Below are positions 49,001 to 61,000 of a DNA stretch of 64,000 nt, piece by piece. The DNA lies in contig OZ251539.1 of assembly GCA_965243135.1 (NCBI GenBank), positions 4,928,001 through 4,992,000 of the forward strand, in the 5' to 3' direction. The translations under genes were made by a program, and so were the position numbers. The notes below the pieces were generated by a model, which was given only the letters and a program-made list of their open reading frames with translations, did no database searches and was not told the DNA's origin. Within the stretch, counting starts at the first letter, position 1, and each line of letters opens with the position of its first letter. The DNA comes from Alphaproteobacteria bacterium (GTDB lineage Bacteria > Pseudomonadota > Alphaproteobacteria > MPNO01 > UBA830).

Positions 49001-52000
49001 ACCGATTTGTCCGGCGAGTCCACGTCGTTGTCGTTGGCCGTCACCGTCACCGCGCCCGCGCTGGCGGTCGAACCCGCCGCGATCGTCAGCGTCTTCCTGG
49101 CGCTGAGCGTAAAATCGGCCGCAACCGCGCCGGTCCCGGGCGCCGCCGCCACCGTCACCGTCACCGCTTCGCTCGACTTGCCGGAGAGCGCCGCCCTCAC
49201 GGTCGCCGCGCCCCCGTTCTCCGGGATCGACGAAGACGACAGCTTCAGCGTCGCCGTCGGCGTCGTCTCGTCGTCCGTCAGCGTGAGGCTCGCGCCGGTC
49301 ACGGCCACGGTCTCCGACTCGGCGGCGGCCTGGCCGTTGGACGCGGTCGCCGTCACCGTAACGCTCCGCTCGCCCACGTTGTCCACGTCGTCGTTCACGG
49401 CGTTGATCGTGGCCGCGTCCGAGGCGTTCGCCGTGCTCCCCGCCGCAATCACGATCGTCGCGTCCGCCGGATCCACGGAGTAGGCGCCTTCAAGCGCCGT
49501 CACGGTGATCGTGGTTGCCGCGCTCGACGGATGGCTCAGCGTCGCGCTCACCGCCGTCGCGCCGCCATCCTCCGGGATCGACGACGACGCCAACCTCAGC
49601 GTCACGCCCGGCGCAGCGTCATCATCGGCGATGATCAGCGTCACGGCGGACGGGTTCGCCACCCCGCCGCCCGCCGCCGCGGCCGTGACCGTCACCGGCT
49701 TGTCCGGCGCGTCCGTCGCATCGGCGACCGCCGCCACCGTCACCAAGCCCGCGCTCGCCGTCGATCCCGCCGCTATCGTCAGCGTCTTCGCGCTCGACAG
49801 CGCGAACCCGGCGCCGCCGGCCGATACCGTCAGCGTCACCGCTTCGCTCGACTTGCCGGAGAGCGTTGCCGTCACCGTCGATACGCCGCCGCTCTCCGAA
49901 ATCGACGCCGGAGACAACTTCAGCGTCGCCGTCGGCGTCGCCTCATCGTCCGTCAGCGTCAGCGACGCGCCGGTCACGGCCACGGCCTGCGACTCAGCGG
50001 CAGCCTGGTCGTTGGAAGCGGTCGCCGTCACCGTGACGCTCCGGTCGCCCACGTTGTCGATGGCGTCGTTCACGGCGTTGATCGTCGCCGTGTCCGTGGC
50101 GCTCGACGTGCTCCCCGCCGCGATCACGATCGTCGCGTCCGAACCCGCCGCGTAGAAGCCCGTCGCGCCCGTCACCGTCACCGTCGTCGCCGCACTCGAT
50201 AGGTGCGAGAGCGTCGCGCTCACCGTCGTCGCGCCGCCATCCTCCGGGATCGAAGAGGACGCCAGCGCCAGCGTCACCGAAGGCGCCGCATCGTCGTCCT
50301 CGATCGTCCCCGTTCCCGTCCGGCCGCTCACCGGAACCTGCGCGTTCACCGGACCGCTCAACGCCAACTCCACCGTCTCGTCCGGCTCGTCCACACCGTC
50401 GCCCGTCACCGTCACGTCCACCGTCTTGCTCGTCTCTCCCGCCGCGAAGGTCAGCGTTCCCGTCGCGAGAGCCGCGTAGTCCGCACCCGACGACGCCGTA
50501 CCCGTCCCCGCGTCCGCGTAACCTGCCGACACCTCCTCCGTGCTCGCCGCGCTCAACGCCACCGTGTAGCTCAGCGTCGCCGTCGAACCCGACGCCCCCT
50601 CCGCCACCCGCGGCGACGAAATCGACAGCGACGGCAGGTTGCCCGTGTTCACCACGATCCCCGGCGGGTTCACCAGCCGCGGCGGGTCGCCCGGGGCGAT
50701 CACCGCGACGAGGAACGGGAGCGTCGCCGCGTCGCCGTCTTCGTCCGTGGCCGTCCAGACGTATTCCTTCTGATTCGTCGGAGCGTCCGGCGTCGTCCCC
50801 GTCACGAAGAAGCCGTTCCGCGACAACCATGGCGGCAAGGCCGGCGACAGCGCGTAGGTCAGCGTCCCGTCGCCGCCCGTCGCCCGCGGCAGCGCGAGGC
50901 GCGGGACCACGGTCGAGACCGGCCACAGACGGCTTGCAATCCGCTGGTCGCCGAACGTCGGCTTCAGGTCCACGTCGTCGTCCTCGATGGTCAGCGTCAC
51001 CGGCGACGGGTTCCCCGCAATCCCCTGACCGTTGCCCGCCGTTGCCGATACCGTCACCGTCTTGTCGTGCGCCGCGTCCTCCGCGTCGTTCACCGCCGTC
51101 ACCGTCACGACGCCCGCGCTGGCCGTCGCGCCCGCCGCCACCGTCAGCGTCGCGCCCGTCTGCGTGAAGTCCGACGCCGCCGTGTGCGAACCCGCCGACG
51201 CCGTCACCGTCACCGTCGTCGGCTGGCTCGACTTGCCGGAAAGCCGCGCCGTCACCGTCGCCTCGCCGCCGTTCTCCGAAACCGACGACGAAGACAACGC
51301 CAGAGTTACCGAAGGCGCATCGTCGTCGTCGGTCAGCGTCAGCGTCGCGCTCGGCGGCGCCGCCACCCCGTTGCCGCCCGCCGCGGCGGCGGAGACCGTC
51401 ACCTGCTTGTCGGGCGAATCCACGTCGTTGCCGTTGGCCGTCACCGTCACGCCGCCGACGCTGGCGGTGGCGCCGACCGCAATCGTCAGCGTCTTCTCCG
51501 TGGAAAGGTCGAAGTCCGCGGCCGCCGCCCCCGTCCCGGCCGCCGCCGCCACCGTCAGCGTCACCGCCTGGCTGGATGCGCCCGACAGCGTCGCCGTCAC
51601 CGTCGAGACCCCATCCGTCTCCGAGATCGAGGATGCCGACAGCGACAGGGCCAGGGTCGGGGGTACCTCGTCGTTCGTCAGCGTCAGCGTCACCGCCGCC
51701 GGATCGGACACTCCGCTGTCGCCGCTCACCGCGCCCGAGACCGTCACCGATTTGTCCGGCGAGTCCACGTCGTTGTCGTTGGCCGTCACCGTCACCGCGC
51801 CCGCGCTGGCGGTCGAACCCGCCGCGATCGTCAGCGTCTTCCTGGCGCTGAGCGTAAAATCGGCCGCAACCGCGCCGGTCCCGGGCGCCGCCGCCACCGT
51901 CACCGTCACCGCTTCGCCGGATACGCCCGACAATGTCGCCGTCACCGTCGATACGCCGCCGCTCTCCGAAATCGACGACTGCGACAGCTTCAGCGTCGCC

Positions 52001-55000
52001 GTCGGCGCGCCCTCGTCGTCCGTCAGCGTCAGTTCCGCCCCGGTCACGGACCCCGCGCCCTGGTCGTTGGAGGCCGTGGCTGTCACCGTGACGATCCGGT
52101 TGCTCACGTTGTCCACGTCGTCGTTCACGGCGTTGATCGTCGCTGTATCCGCAGCATTCGCCGTGCTCCCCGCCGCAATCACGATCGTCGCGTCCGATCC
52201 CGCCGCGTAGAAGCCCGACACGCCCCTCACCGTCACCGTCGTCGCCGCGCTCGACCGATGCGATAGGGTGGCGCTCACCGTCGTCGCGCCGCCATCCTCC
52301 GGGATCGACGACGACGCCAACGCCAGCGTCACGCCCGGCGCAGCGTCGTCGTCCTCGATCATCAGCGTCTTGTTCGCCGGGTCCGCCACGCCGCCGCCCG
52401 CCGCCGCGGCCGTGATCGTCACCGACTTGTCCGGCGCGTCCGTCGCATCGGCGACCGCCGTCACCGTCACCGCGCCCGCGCTCGCCGTCGATCCCGCCGC
52501 GATCGTCAGCGTTTTCGCGCTCGAAAGCGTGAACCCGGCGCCGCCGGCCGACACCGTCAGCGTCACCGCTTCGCTCGAGGCCCGGTTCAGCGCCGCCGTC
52601 ACCGTCGATACGCCGCCGCTCTCCGAAATCGACGACTGCGACAGCTTCAGCGTCGCCGTTGGCGTCGCCTCGTCGTCCGTCAGCGTGAGGCTCGCGCCGG
52701 TCACGGCCACGGTCTCCGACTCGGCGGCGGCCTGGCCGTTGGACGCCGTTCCCGTCACCGTCACCGCACGGTCGCCCACGTTGTCCATGTCGTCGTTCAC
52801 GGCGTTGATCGTCGCCGTGTCCGAGGGGTTCGCCGTCTCACCCGCCGCAATCATGATCGTCGCGTCCGCCGAATCCACGGCGTAGGCGCCTTCAAGCGCC
52901 GTCACGGTGATCGTGGTCGCCGCGCTCGACGGATGGCTCAGCGTCGCGCTCACCGTCGTCGCGCCGCCATCCTCCGGGATCGAAGAGGACGCCAACGCCA
53001 GCGTCGCATCCGGAGCCGCGTCGTCGTCCGCGATGGTCAGCGTCACGGCGGACGGGTTCGCCACGCCGCCGCCGGACGCCGCGGCCGATACCGTCACCGG
53101 CCTGTCCGGCGCGTCCGTCGCATCGGCGACCGCCGCCACCGTCACCAAGCCCGCGCTCGCCGTCGATCCCGCCGCTATCGTCAGCGTCTTCGCGCTCGAC
53201 AGCGCGAACCCGCCGCCGCCGGCCGATACCGTCAGCGTCACCGCTTCGCTCGACTTTCCGGAGAGCCTCGCCGTCACCGTCGATACGCCGCCGTTCTCCG
53301 GGATCGACGCCTGCGACAGCTTCAGCGTCGCCGTCGGCGTCGCCTCGTCGTCCGTCAGCGTGAGGCTCGCGCCGGTCACGGCCACGGTCTCCGACTCGGC
53401 GGCGGCCTGGCCGTTGGACGCCGTTCCCGTCACCGTCACCGCGCGGTCGCCCACGTTGTCCACGTCGTCGTTCACGGCGTTGATCGTCGCCGTGTCCGAG
53501 GGGTTCGCCGTCTCACCCGCCGCAATCACGATCGTCGCGTCCGCCGAATCCACGGCGTAGGCGCCTTCAAGCGCCGTCACGGTGATCGTGGTCGCCGCGC
53601 TCGACGGATGGCTCAACGTCGCGCTCACCGTCGTCGCGCCGCCATCCTCCGGGATCGAAGAGGACGCCAACGCCAGCGCCACACCAGGCGCAGCGTCGTC
53701 GTCCGTGATGGTCAGCGTCTCGCTCGCCGGGTTCGCCACCCCGCCGCCCGCCGCCATGGCCGTGACCGTCACCGATTTATCCGGCGAGTCCACGTCGTTG
53801 TCGTTGGCCGTCACCGTCACCGCGCCCGCGCTCGCCGTCGATCCCGCTCCGATGGTCAGCGTCTTCGCGCTCGAAAGCGTGAACCCGGCACCGCCGGCCG
53901 ACACCGTCAGCGTCACCGCTTCGCTCGACTTGCCGGAGAGCGTCGCCGTCACCGTCGATACGCCGCCGCTCTCCGAAATCGACGACTGCGACAGCTTCAG
54001 CGTCGCCGTCGGCGCGCCCTCGTCGTCCGTCAGCGTCAATTCCGCCCCGGTCACGGAGCCCGCGCCCTGGTCGTTGGAGGCCGTGGCGGTCACCGTAACG
54101 CTGCGGTTGCTCACGTTGTCCACGTTGTCGTTCACCGCGTTGATCGTCGCCGTGTCCAAGGGGTTCGCCGTGCTCCCCGCCGCGATCACGATCGTCGCGT
54201 CCGAACCCGCCGCGTAGAAGCCCGTCACGCCCGTCACCGTCACCGTCGTCGCCGCGCTCGACGGGTGCGAGAGCGTCGCTCTCACCGCCGTCGCGCCCCC
54301 GTTTTCCAGGATCGAAGAGGACGCCAACGCCAGCGTCGCATCCGGAGCCGCGTCGTCGTCCGCGATGGTCAGCGTCACGGTGGACGGGTTCGCCACGCCG
54401 CCGCCGGACGCCGCGGCCGAGACCGTCACCGACTTGTCCGGCGAGTCCGTCGCATCTGCAACCGCCGTCACCGTCACCGCGCCCGCGCTCGTCGTATTCC
54501 CTGCCGCTATCGTCAGCGTCTTCGCGCTCGAAAGCGTGAACCCGGCGCCGCCGGCCGACACCGTCAGCGTCACCGCTTCGCTCGACTTGCCGGAGAGCGT
54601 CGCCGTCACCGTCGATGCGCCGCCGTTCTCCGGGATCGACGACTGCGACAGCTTCAGCGTCGCCGTCGGCGCGCCCTCGTCGTCCGTCAGCGTCAGTTCC
54701 GCCCCGGTCACGGAGCCCGCGCCCTGGTCGTTGGAGGCCGTGGCGGTCACCGTAACGCTGCGGTTGCTCACGTTGTCCACGTCGTCGTTCACGGCGTTGA
54801 TCGTCGCCGTGTCCGAAGCGTTCGCCGTGCTCCCCGCCGCGATCACGATCGTCGCGTCCGAGCCCGCCGCGTAGAAGCCCGACACCCCCGTCACCGTCAC
54901 CGTCGTCGCCGCGCTCGACGGGTGCGAGAGCGTCGCGCTCACCGTGGTCGTACCGCTGTCCTCCGGGATCGAAGAGGACGCCAACGCCAGCGTCGCATCC

Positions 55001-58000
55001 GGAGCCGCGTCGTCGTCCGCGATGGTCAGCGTCACGGCGGACGGGTTCCCCACGCCGCCGCCCGCCGCCGTGGCCGTGACCGTCACCGACTTGTCCGGCG
55101 CGTCCGTCGCATCGGCGACCGCCGTCACCGTCACCGCGCCCGCGCTCGTCGTCGATCCCGCCGCTATGGTCAGCGTCTTCCTGGCGCTGAGCGTAAAATC
55201 GGCCGAAACCGCGCCCGTTCTCGGCGACGCCCCTACCGTCAGCGTCACCGCTTCGCTCGACGCGCGGTTCAGCGTCGCCGTCACCGTCGATACGCCGCCG
55301 TTCTCCGGAACCGACGAAGACGACAGATTCAACGTCGCCGTCGGCGTCGCCTCGTCGTCGGTCAGCGTGAGGCTCGCGCCGGTCACGGCCACGGTCTCCG
55401 ACTCGGCGGCGGCCTGGCCGTTGGACGCCGTTCCCGTCACCGTCACCGCGCGGTCGCCCACGTTGTCCACGTCGTCGTTCACGGCGTTGATCGTTGCCGC
55501 GTCCGAGGCGTTCGCCGTCTCACCTGCCGCAATCACGATCGTCGCGTCCGGACCCGCCGCGTAGAAGCCCGTCACCCCCGTCACCGTCACCGTCGTCGCC
55601 GCGCTCGACGGGTGCGAGAGCGTCGCTCTCACCGTCGCCGCGCCGCCGTTCTCCGGGATCGAAGAGGTCGCCAACGCCAGCGTCGCATCCGGAGCCGCGT
55701 CGTCGTCCGCGATGGTCAGCGTCACGGCGGACGGGTTCGCCACGCCGCCGCCCGACGCCGCGGCCGAGACCGTCACCGACTTGTCCGGCGAGTCCGTCGC
55801 ATCGGCGACCGCCGTCACCGTCACCGCGCCCGCGCTCGCCGTCGATCCCGCCGCTATCGTCAACGTCTTCGCGCTCGACAGCGTGAACCCGCCGCCGCCG
55901 GCCGACACCGACACCGACACCGCTTCGCTCGACTGACCGGAGAGCGTCGCCGTCACCGTCGCCACGCCGCCGTTCTCCGAAATCGACGGCTGCGACAGCT
56001 TCAGCGTCGCCGTCGGCGCGCCCTCGTCGTCCGTCAGCGTGAGGCTCGCGCCGGTCACGGCCACGGTCTCCGACTGGGCGGCGGCCTGGCCGTTGGACGC
56101 CGTTCCCGTCACCGTCACCGTGCGGTCGCCCACGTTGTCCACGTCGTCGTTCACGGCGTTGACCGTCGCCGTGTCCGAGGCGTTCGCCGTGCTCCCCGCG
56201 GCGATCACGATCGTCGCGTCAGCCGAATCCACGGTGTAGGCACCTTCAAGCGCCGTCACGGTGATCGTGGTAGCGGCGCTCGACGGATGGCTCAGCGTCG
56301 CCCTCACTGTCGTCGCGCCCCCGTTTTCCGGGAGCGAAGAGGACGCCAACGCCAGCGTCGCATCCGGAGCCGCGTCGTCGTCCTCGATGGTCAGCGTCAC
56401 GGCGGACGGGTTCGCCACCCCGCCGCCCGCCGCCGCGGCCGAGACCGTCACCGACTTGTCCGGCGAGTCCGTCGCATCGGCGACCGCCGTCACCGTCACC
56501 GCGCCCGCGCTCGCCGTCGATCCCGCCGCTATCGTCAACGTCTTCGCGCTCGACAGCGTGAAGTCGCCCGAAACCGCACCTGTTCCCGCCGCCGCCGACA
56601 CCGTCAGCGTCACCGCTTCGCTCGACGCGCGGTTCAGCGTCGCCGTCACCGTCGATACGCCGCCGTTCTCCGAAATCGATGACTGCGACAGCCTCAGCGT
56701 CGCCGTCGGCGCTCCCTCGTCGTCCGTCAGCGTGAGGCTCGCGCCGGTCACGGCCACGGTCTCCGATTTGGCGGCGGCCTGGTCGTTGGACGCCGTTCCC
56801 GTCACCGTGGCGCTCCGGTCGCCCACGTTGTCGATGGCGTCGTCCACCGCCGTAATCGACGCCGTGTCCAAGGCGTTCGCCGTGCTCCCCGCCGCAATCA
56901 CGATCGTCGCGTCCGCCGAATCCACGGTGTAGGCGCCTTCAAGCGCCGTCACGGTGATCGTGGTAGCGGCGCTCGACGGATGGCTCAGCGTCGCGCTCAC
57001 CGTCGTCGTGCCGCCGTCCTCGGCGATGGCGGCGTCCGCCAGCTCCAGAGTCACCGTCGGCGCGTCTTCGTCGTCCGCAATGGTCAGGGTCACGGCGGCC
57101 GGGTCCGACACGCCGCTGGCGCCCGATACCGCGGCCGAGACCGTCACCGTTTTGTCCGGCGAATCCGCATCATCGTCGTTCGCCGTCACCGTCACGACGC
57201 CCGCGCTTGCCGTCTCTCCCGCCGCGACGGTCAGCGTCGCCGGGCTCGACAGCGCGAAGTCCCCGTCCGCCGCGTTCGTCACCGCCGACACCGTCAGCGT
57301 CACCGTTTCGCTCGACTTGCCGCTCAGCGCCGCCGTCACCGTCGAAACCCCGCCGTTCTCGCCAATCGTGTCCGGCTTCGACGGATCCGGCTCCGACAAC
57401 GCCAGCGTCGCCGTCGGCGTCGCCTCGTCGTCCGTCAGCGTGAGACTCGCCCCGGTCACGGCCATGGTCCGAGACTCCCCCGGCAGACCGGGACGCGGCC
57501 GAAGTCGGCGGTCGAGGCTCGCCCCGGTCACGGCCACGGCCTCGCCGACGGCCTGGTCGTTCGCCGCGGTTCCCGACACCGTGACCGCCCTGTCGCCTAC
57601 GTTGTCCACGTCGTCGTCCACCGCCTCGATCGTCGCCGTGTCCGAAGCGTTCGCCGTCTCTCCCGCCGCGATCACGATCGTCGCATCCGGACCCGCCGCG
57701 TAGAAGCCCGCGACCGCCGTCACCGTCACCGTCGTCGCCGCGCTCGACGGGTGGCTCAGCGTCGCGCTCACCGCGGTCGCGCCGCCGTTCTCGGAGATGG
57801 CGGCATCCGCCACCGCCAGCGCCACCACGGGAGGATTGTCGTCGTCCGCAATGGTCAGGGTCACGGCGGTCGGATCCGATACCCCGCTGTCGCCCGATAC
57901 CGCGGCCGAAACCGTCACGGACCTGTCCGGCTCGTCCTTCGCGTTGTCCTCTGCCGTCACCGTCACGACGCCCGCGCTCGCCGTCTCCCCCGCCGCGACG

Positions 58001-61000
58001 GTCAGCGTCGCCGGGATCGACAGCGCGAAGTCCCCGTCCGCCGCGTTCGTGCCGGCCGCCGCCGACACCGTCAGCGTCACCGCTTCGCTCGACGCCCGGT
58101 TCAGGGTCGCCGTCACCGCGCTCGCGTTGCCTTCGCCGCTCTCCGCGATCGTGTCCGGCTTCGACGGATCCGGCTCGGACAACGCCAGCGTCGCCGTCGG
58201 CGTGTCTTCGTCGTCGGTCAGCGTCAGCGCCGCCCCGGTCACCGACCCCGCGCCCTGGTCGTTGGACGCCGTCGCCGTCACCGTGACGCTTCGGTCGCCC
58301 ACGTTGTCAATGTCGTCGTCCACCGCCTCGATCGTCGCCGTGTCCGAAGCGCTCGTCGTCTCCCCCGCCGCGATCACGATCGCCGCGTCCGGACCCGCCG
58401 CGTAGAAACCCGCAACCGCCGTCACCGTGATCGTGGTTTCCGCGCTCGATGCATGGCTCAGCGTCGCCGTCACCGTCGTAGCGCCGCCGTTCTCGTCGAT
58501 GGCGGCGTTCGCCAGCGCCAGCGTCACCGTCGGCGGATCGTCGTCGTCCGCGATGGTCAGGGTCACGGCGGCCGGATCCAACACGCCGCTGGCGCCCGAT
58601 ACCGCAGCCGAAACGGTCACGGATTTGTCCGGCGAGTCCGCATCATCGTCGTTCGCCGTTACCGTAACCACGCCCGCGCTCGCCGTCTCTCCCGCCGCGA
58701 CGGTCAGCGTCGCCGGGCTCGACAGCGCGAGGTCCCCGTCCGCCGCGTTCGTCCCCGCCGACACCGTCAGCGTCACCGCTTCGCTCGACTTGCCGCTCAG
58801 CGCCGCCGTCACCGTCGAAACTCCGCCGTTCTCGCCAATCGTGTCCGGCTTCGACGGATCCGCCTGCGACAGCTTCAGCGTCGCCGTCGGCGTCGCCTCG
58901 TCGTCCGTCAGCGTGAGACTCGCCCCGGTCACGGCCATGGTCCGAGACTCTCCCGGCAGACCAGGACGCGGCCGACGCTGGCGGTCGAGGCCCGCCCCGG
59001 TCACGGCCACGGCCTCGCCGACGGCCTGGTCGTTCGCCGCGGTTCCCGACACCGTGACCGCCCTGTCGCCCACGTTGTCCACGTCGTCGTCCACCGCCTC
59101 GATCGTCGCCGTGTCCGAAGCGCTCGCCGTCTCCCCCGCCGCGATCACGATCGTCGCGTCCGGACTCGCCGCGTAGAAGCCCGGCATCCCGGTCACCGTC
59201 ACCGTCGTCGCCGCGCTCGACGGGTGGCTCAGCGTCGCGCTCACCGCGGTCGCGCCGCCGTTCTCGTCGATGGCGGCATCCGCCAGCGCCAGCGTCACCG
59301 TCGGCGCGTTTTCGTCGTCCTCGATGGTCAGGGTCAGGGCGGTCGGGTTCGACACCCCGCTGGCGCCAGATACCGTGGCCGAGATCGTCACGAACCTGTC
59401 CGGCTCGTCCTTCGCGTTGTCCGCTGCCGTCACCGTCACGACGCCCGCGCTCGCCGTCTCTCCCGCCGCGACGGTCAGCGTCGCCGGGCTCGACAGCGCG
59501 AAGTCCCCGTCCGCCGCGTTCGTGCCGGCCGTCGCCGCCACCGTCAGCGTTACCGCTTCGCTCGACGCCCGGTCCAGGGTCGCCGTCACCGCGCTCGCGT
59601 TGCCTTCGCCGCTCTCCGCGATCGTGTCCGGCTGCGACGGATCCGGCTCCGACAACGCCAGCGTCGCCGTCGGCGTCGCCTCGTCGTCCGTCAGCGTGAG
59701 ACTCGCCCCGGTTACGGACACCGCGCCTTGGTCGTTGGACGCCGTCGCCGTCACCGTGACGCTTCGGTCGCCCACGTTGTCCACGTCGTCGTCCACCGCT
59801 TCGATCGTCGCCGTGTCCGAAGCGTGCGCCGTCTCCCCCGCCGCGATCACGATCGTTGCGTCCGGACCCGCTGCGTAGAACCCCGCAACCGCCGTCACCG
59901 TGATCGTGGTCTCCGCGCTCGACGCATGGCTCAGCGTCGCCGTCACCGTCGTAGCGCCGCCGTTCTCGTCGATGGCGGCATCCGCCAGCGCCAGCGTCAC
60001 CGTCGGCGCGTCGTCGTCGTCCGCGATGGTCAGCGTCAGGTCGGCCGGGCCGGTCACCAGAACGTCGTTGGCCGCGCTCCCGGACACGATGACGGTCTTG
60101 TCGTCTTCGTCTTTCGCGTTGTCCACCGCGGTGATCGTCACCGTTCCGATGCTTGCCGTCTCCCCCGCCGCGATGGTCAGCGTCGCCGGGATCGACAGCG
60201 CGAAGTCTCCGTCCGCCGCGTTCGTTCCCGCAGCTGCCGCTACCGTCAGCGTCGTGTCCGCGCTCGAGGCCTTGTCCAGCGCCGCCGTCACAGTCGCCGA
60301 GCCGGGGTTCGTCCCGTCGTGCTCGTCGATGGTCGAGGCCGAGAGGACCAGCGTCGCCGCCGGAGGCTCGACCACGGCCGCGAAGAAACTCAGCGACGCT
60401 TCGTCGCCGTCCGCGTCGGTGGCCGTCCAGGTGTATTCAGTCCGCGTCCGCGCCGCGGTGGGCGTGCCGGAAACCTCGCGCGTCGCCGCGTCGCGGACCA
60501 CGCCGTCCGGAAGGCCCGTATGCGGCGCGGCCGCCGACAACGCATAGATCACCCTGCCGTCGCCGCCCGTCGCCTCGGGCAGGGTGAAAGACTCTATCTC
60601 CTTGCCCTTCGTCCACGTCGCGTCGGCGACGGTCTCGTCGCCGAAAGTGGGGATGCCGTCCACCGCCATGGTGAAGGTCAGCTCCGCCTTGTCGCCGTCC
60701 GCGTCGGTCGCCGTCCAGGTGTACGTGGCCGCGGCCCGCGCCGCGGTGGGCGTTCCTGAAACCTCGCGCGTCGCCGCGTCGCGGCTCAGGCCCGGGGGCA
60801 GGGCCGGCGCCAGCGCGTAGGTCAGGTCGCCGTCGCCGCCGACAGCCTCCGGCAGGTTGAAGGCCGCGATTTCCTGGCGCTGCGTCCACGCCCGGTCATC
60901 GATGGTCGTGTCGCCGAAGCTCGGCAGCAGGTCCTCGTACACCTCCAGGTCGAAGGTGAGCTCCGCCTTGTCGCCGTCCCGGTCTACCGCCCGCCAAGTG

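Larger units (their letters stand above)
39720..60360 (-). repeat. Array of Calx-beta-like units (~105-125 aa each), mostly alternating two subtypes
   Basis: Hand count: 22 type-B units (ATLSHPSSAATT...DNVG.R...VTGASLTLTDDE), about 32 type-A units (SSEAVTLTV...TLTIAAG...PDKSVTV...TI.DDD), plus three Ig + canonical Calx-beta inserts. Confidence 0.85.

Noticed and set aside
39720-60360. Repeats as a CRISPR array or diversity-generating retroelement
   Set aside because: Units are 300+ bp and in frame with no unique spacers; no cas or reverse transcriptase gene, and no adenine-specific variation was evident.
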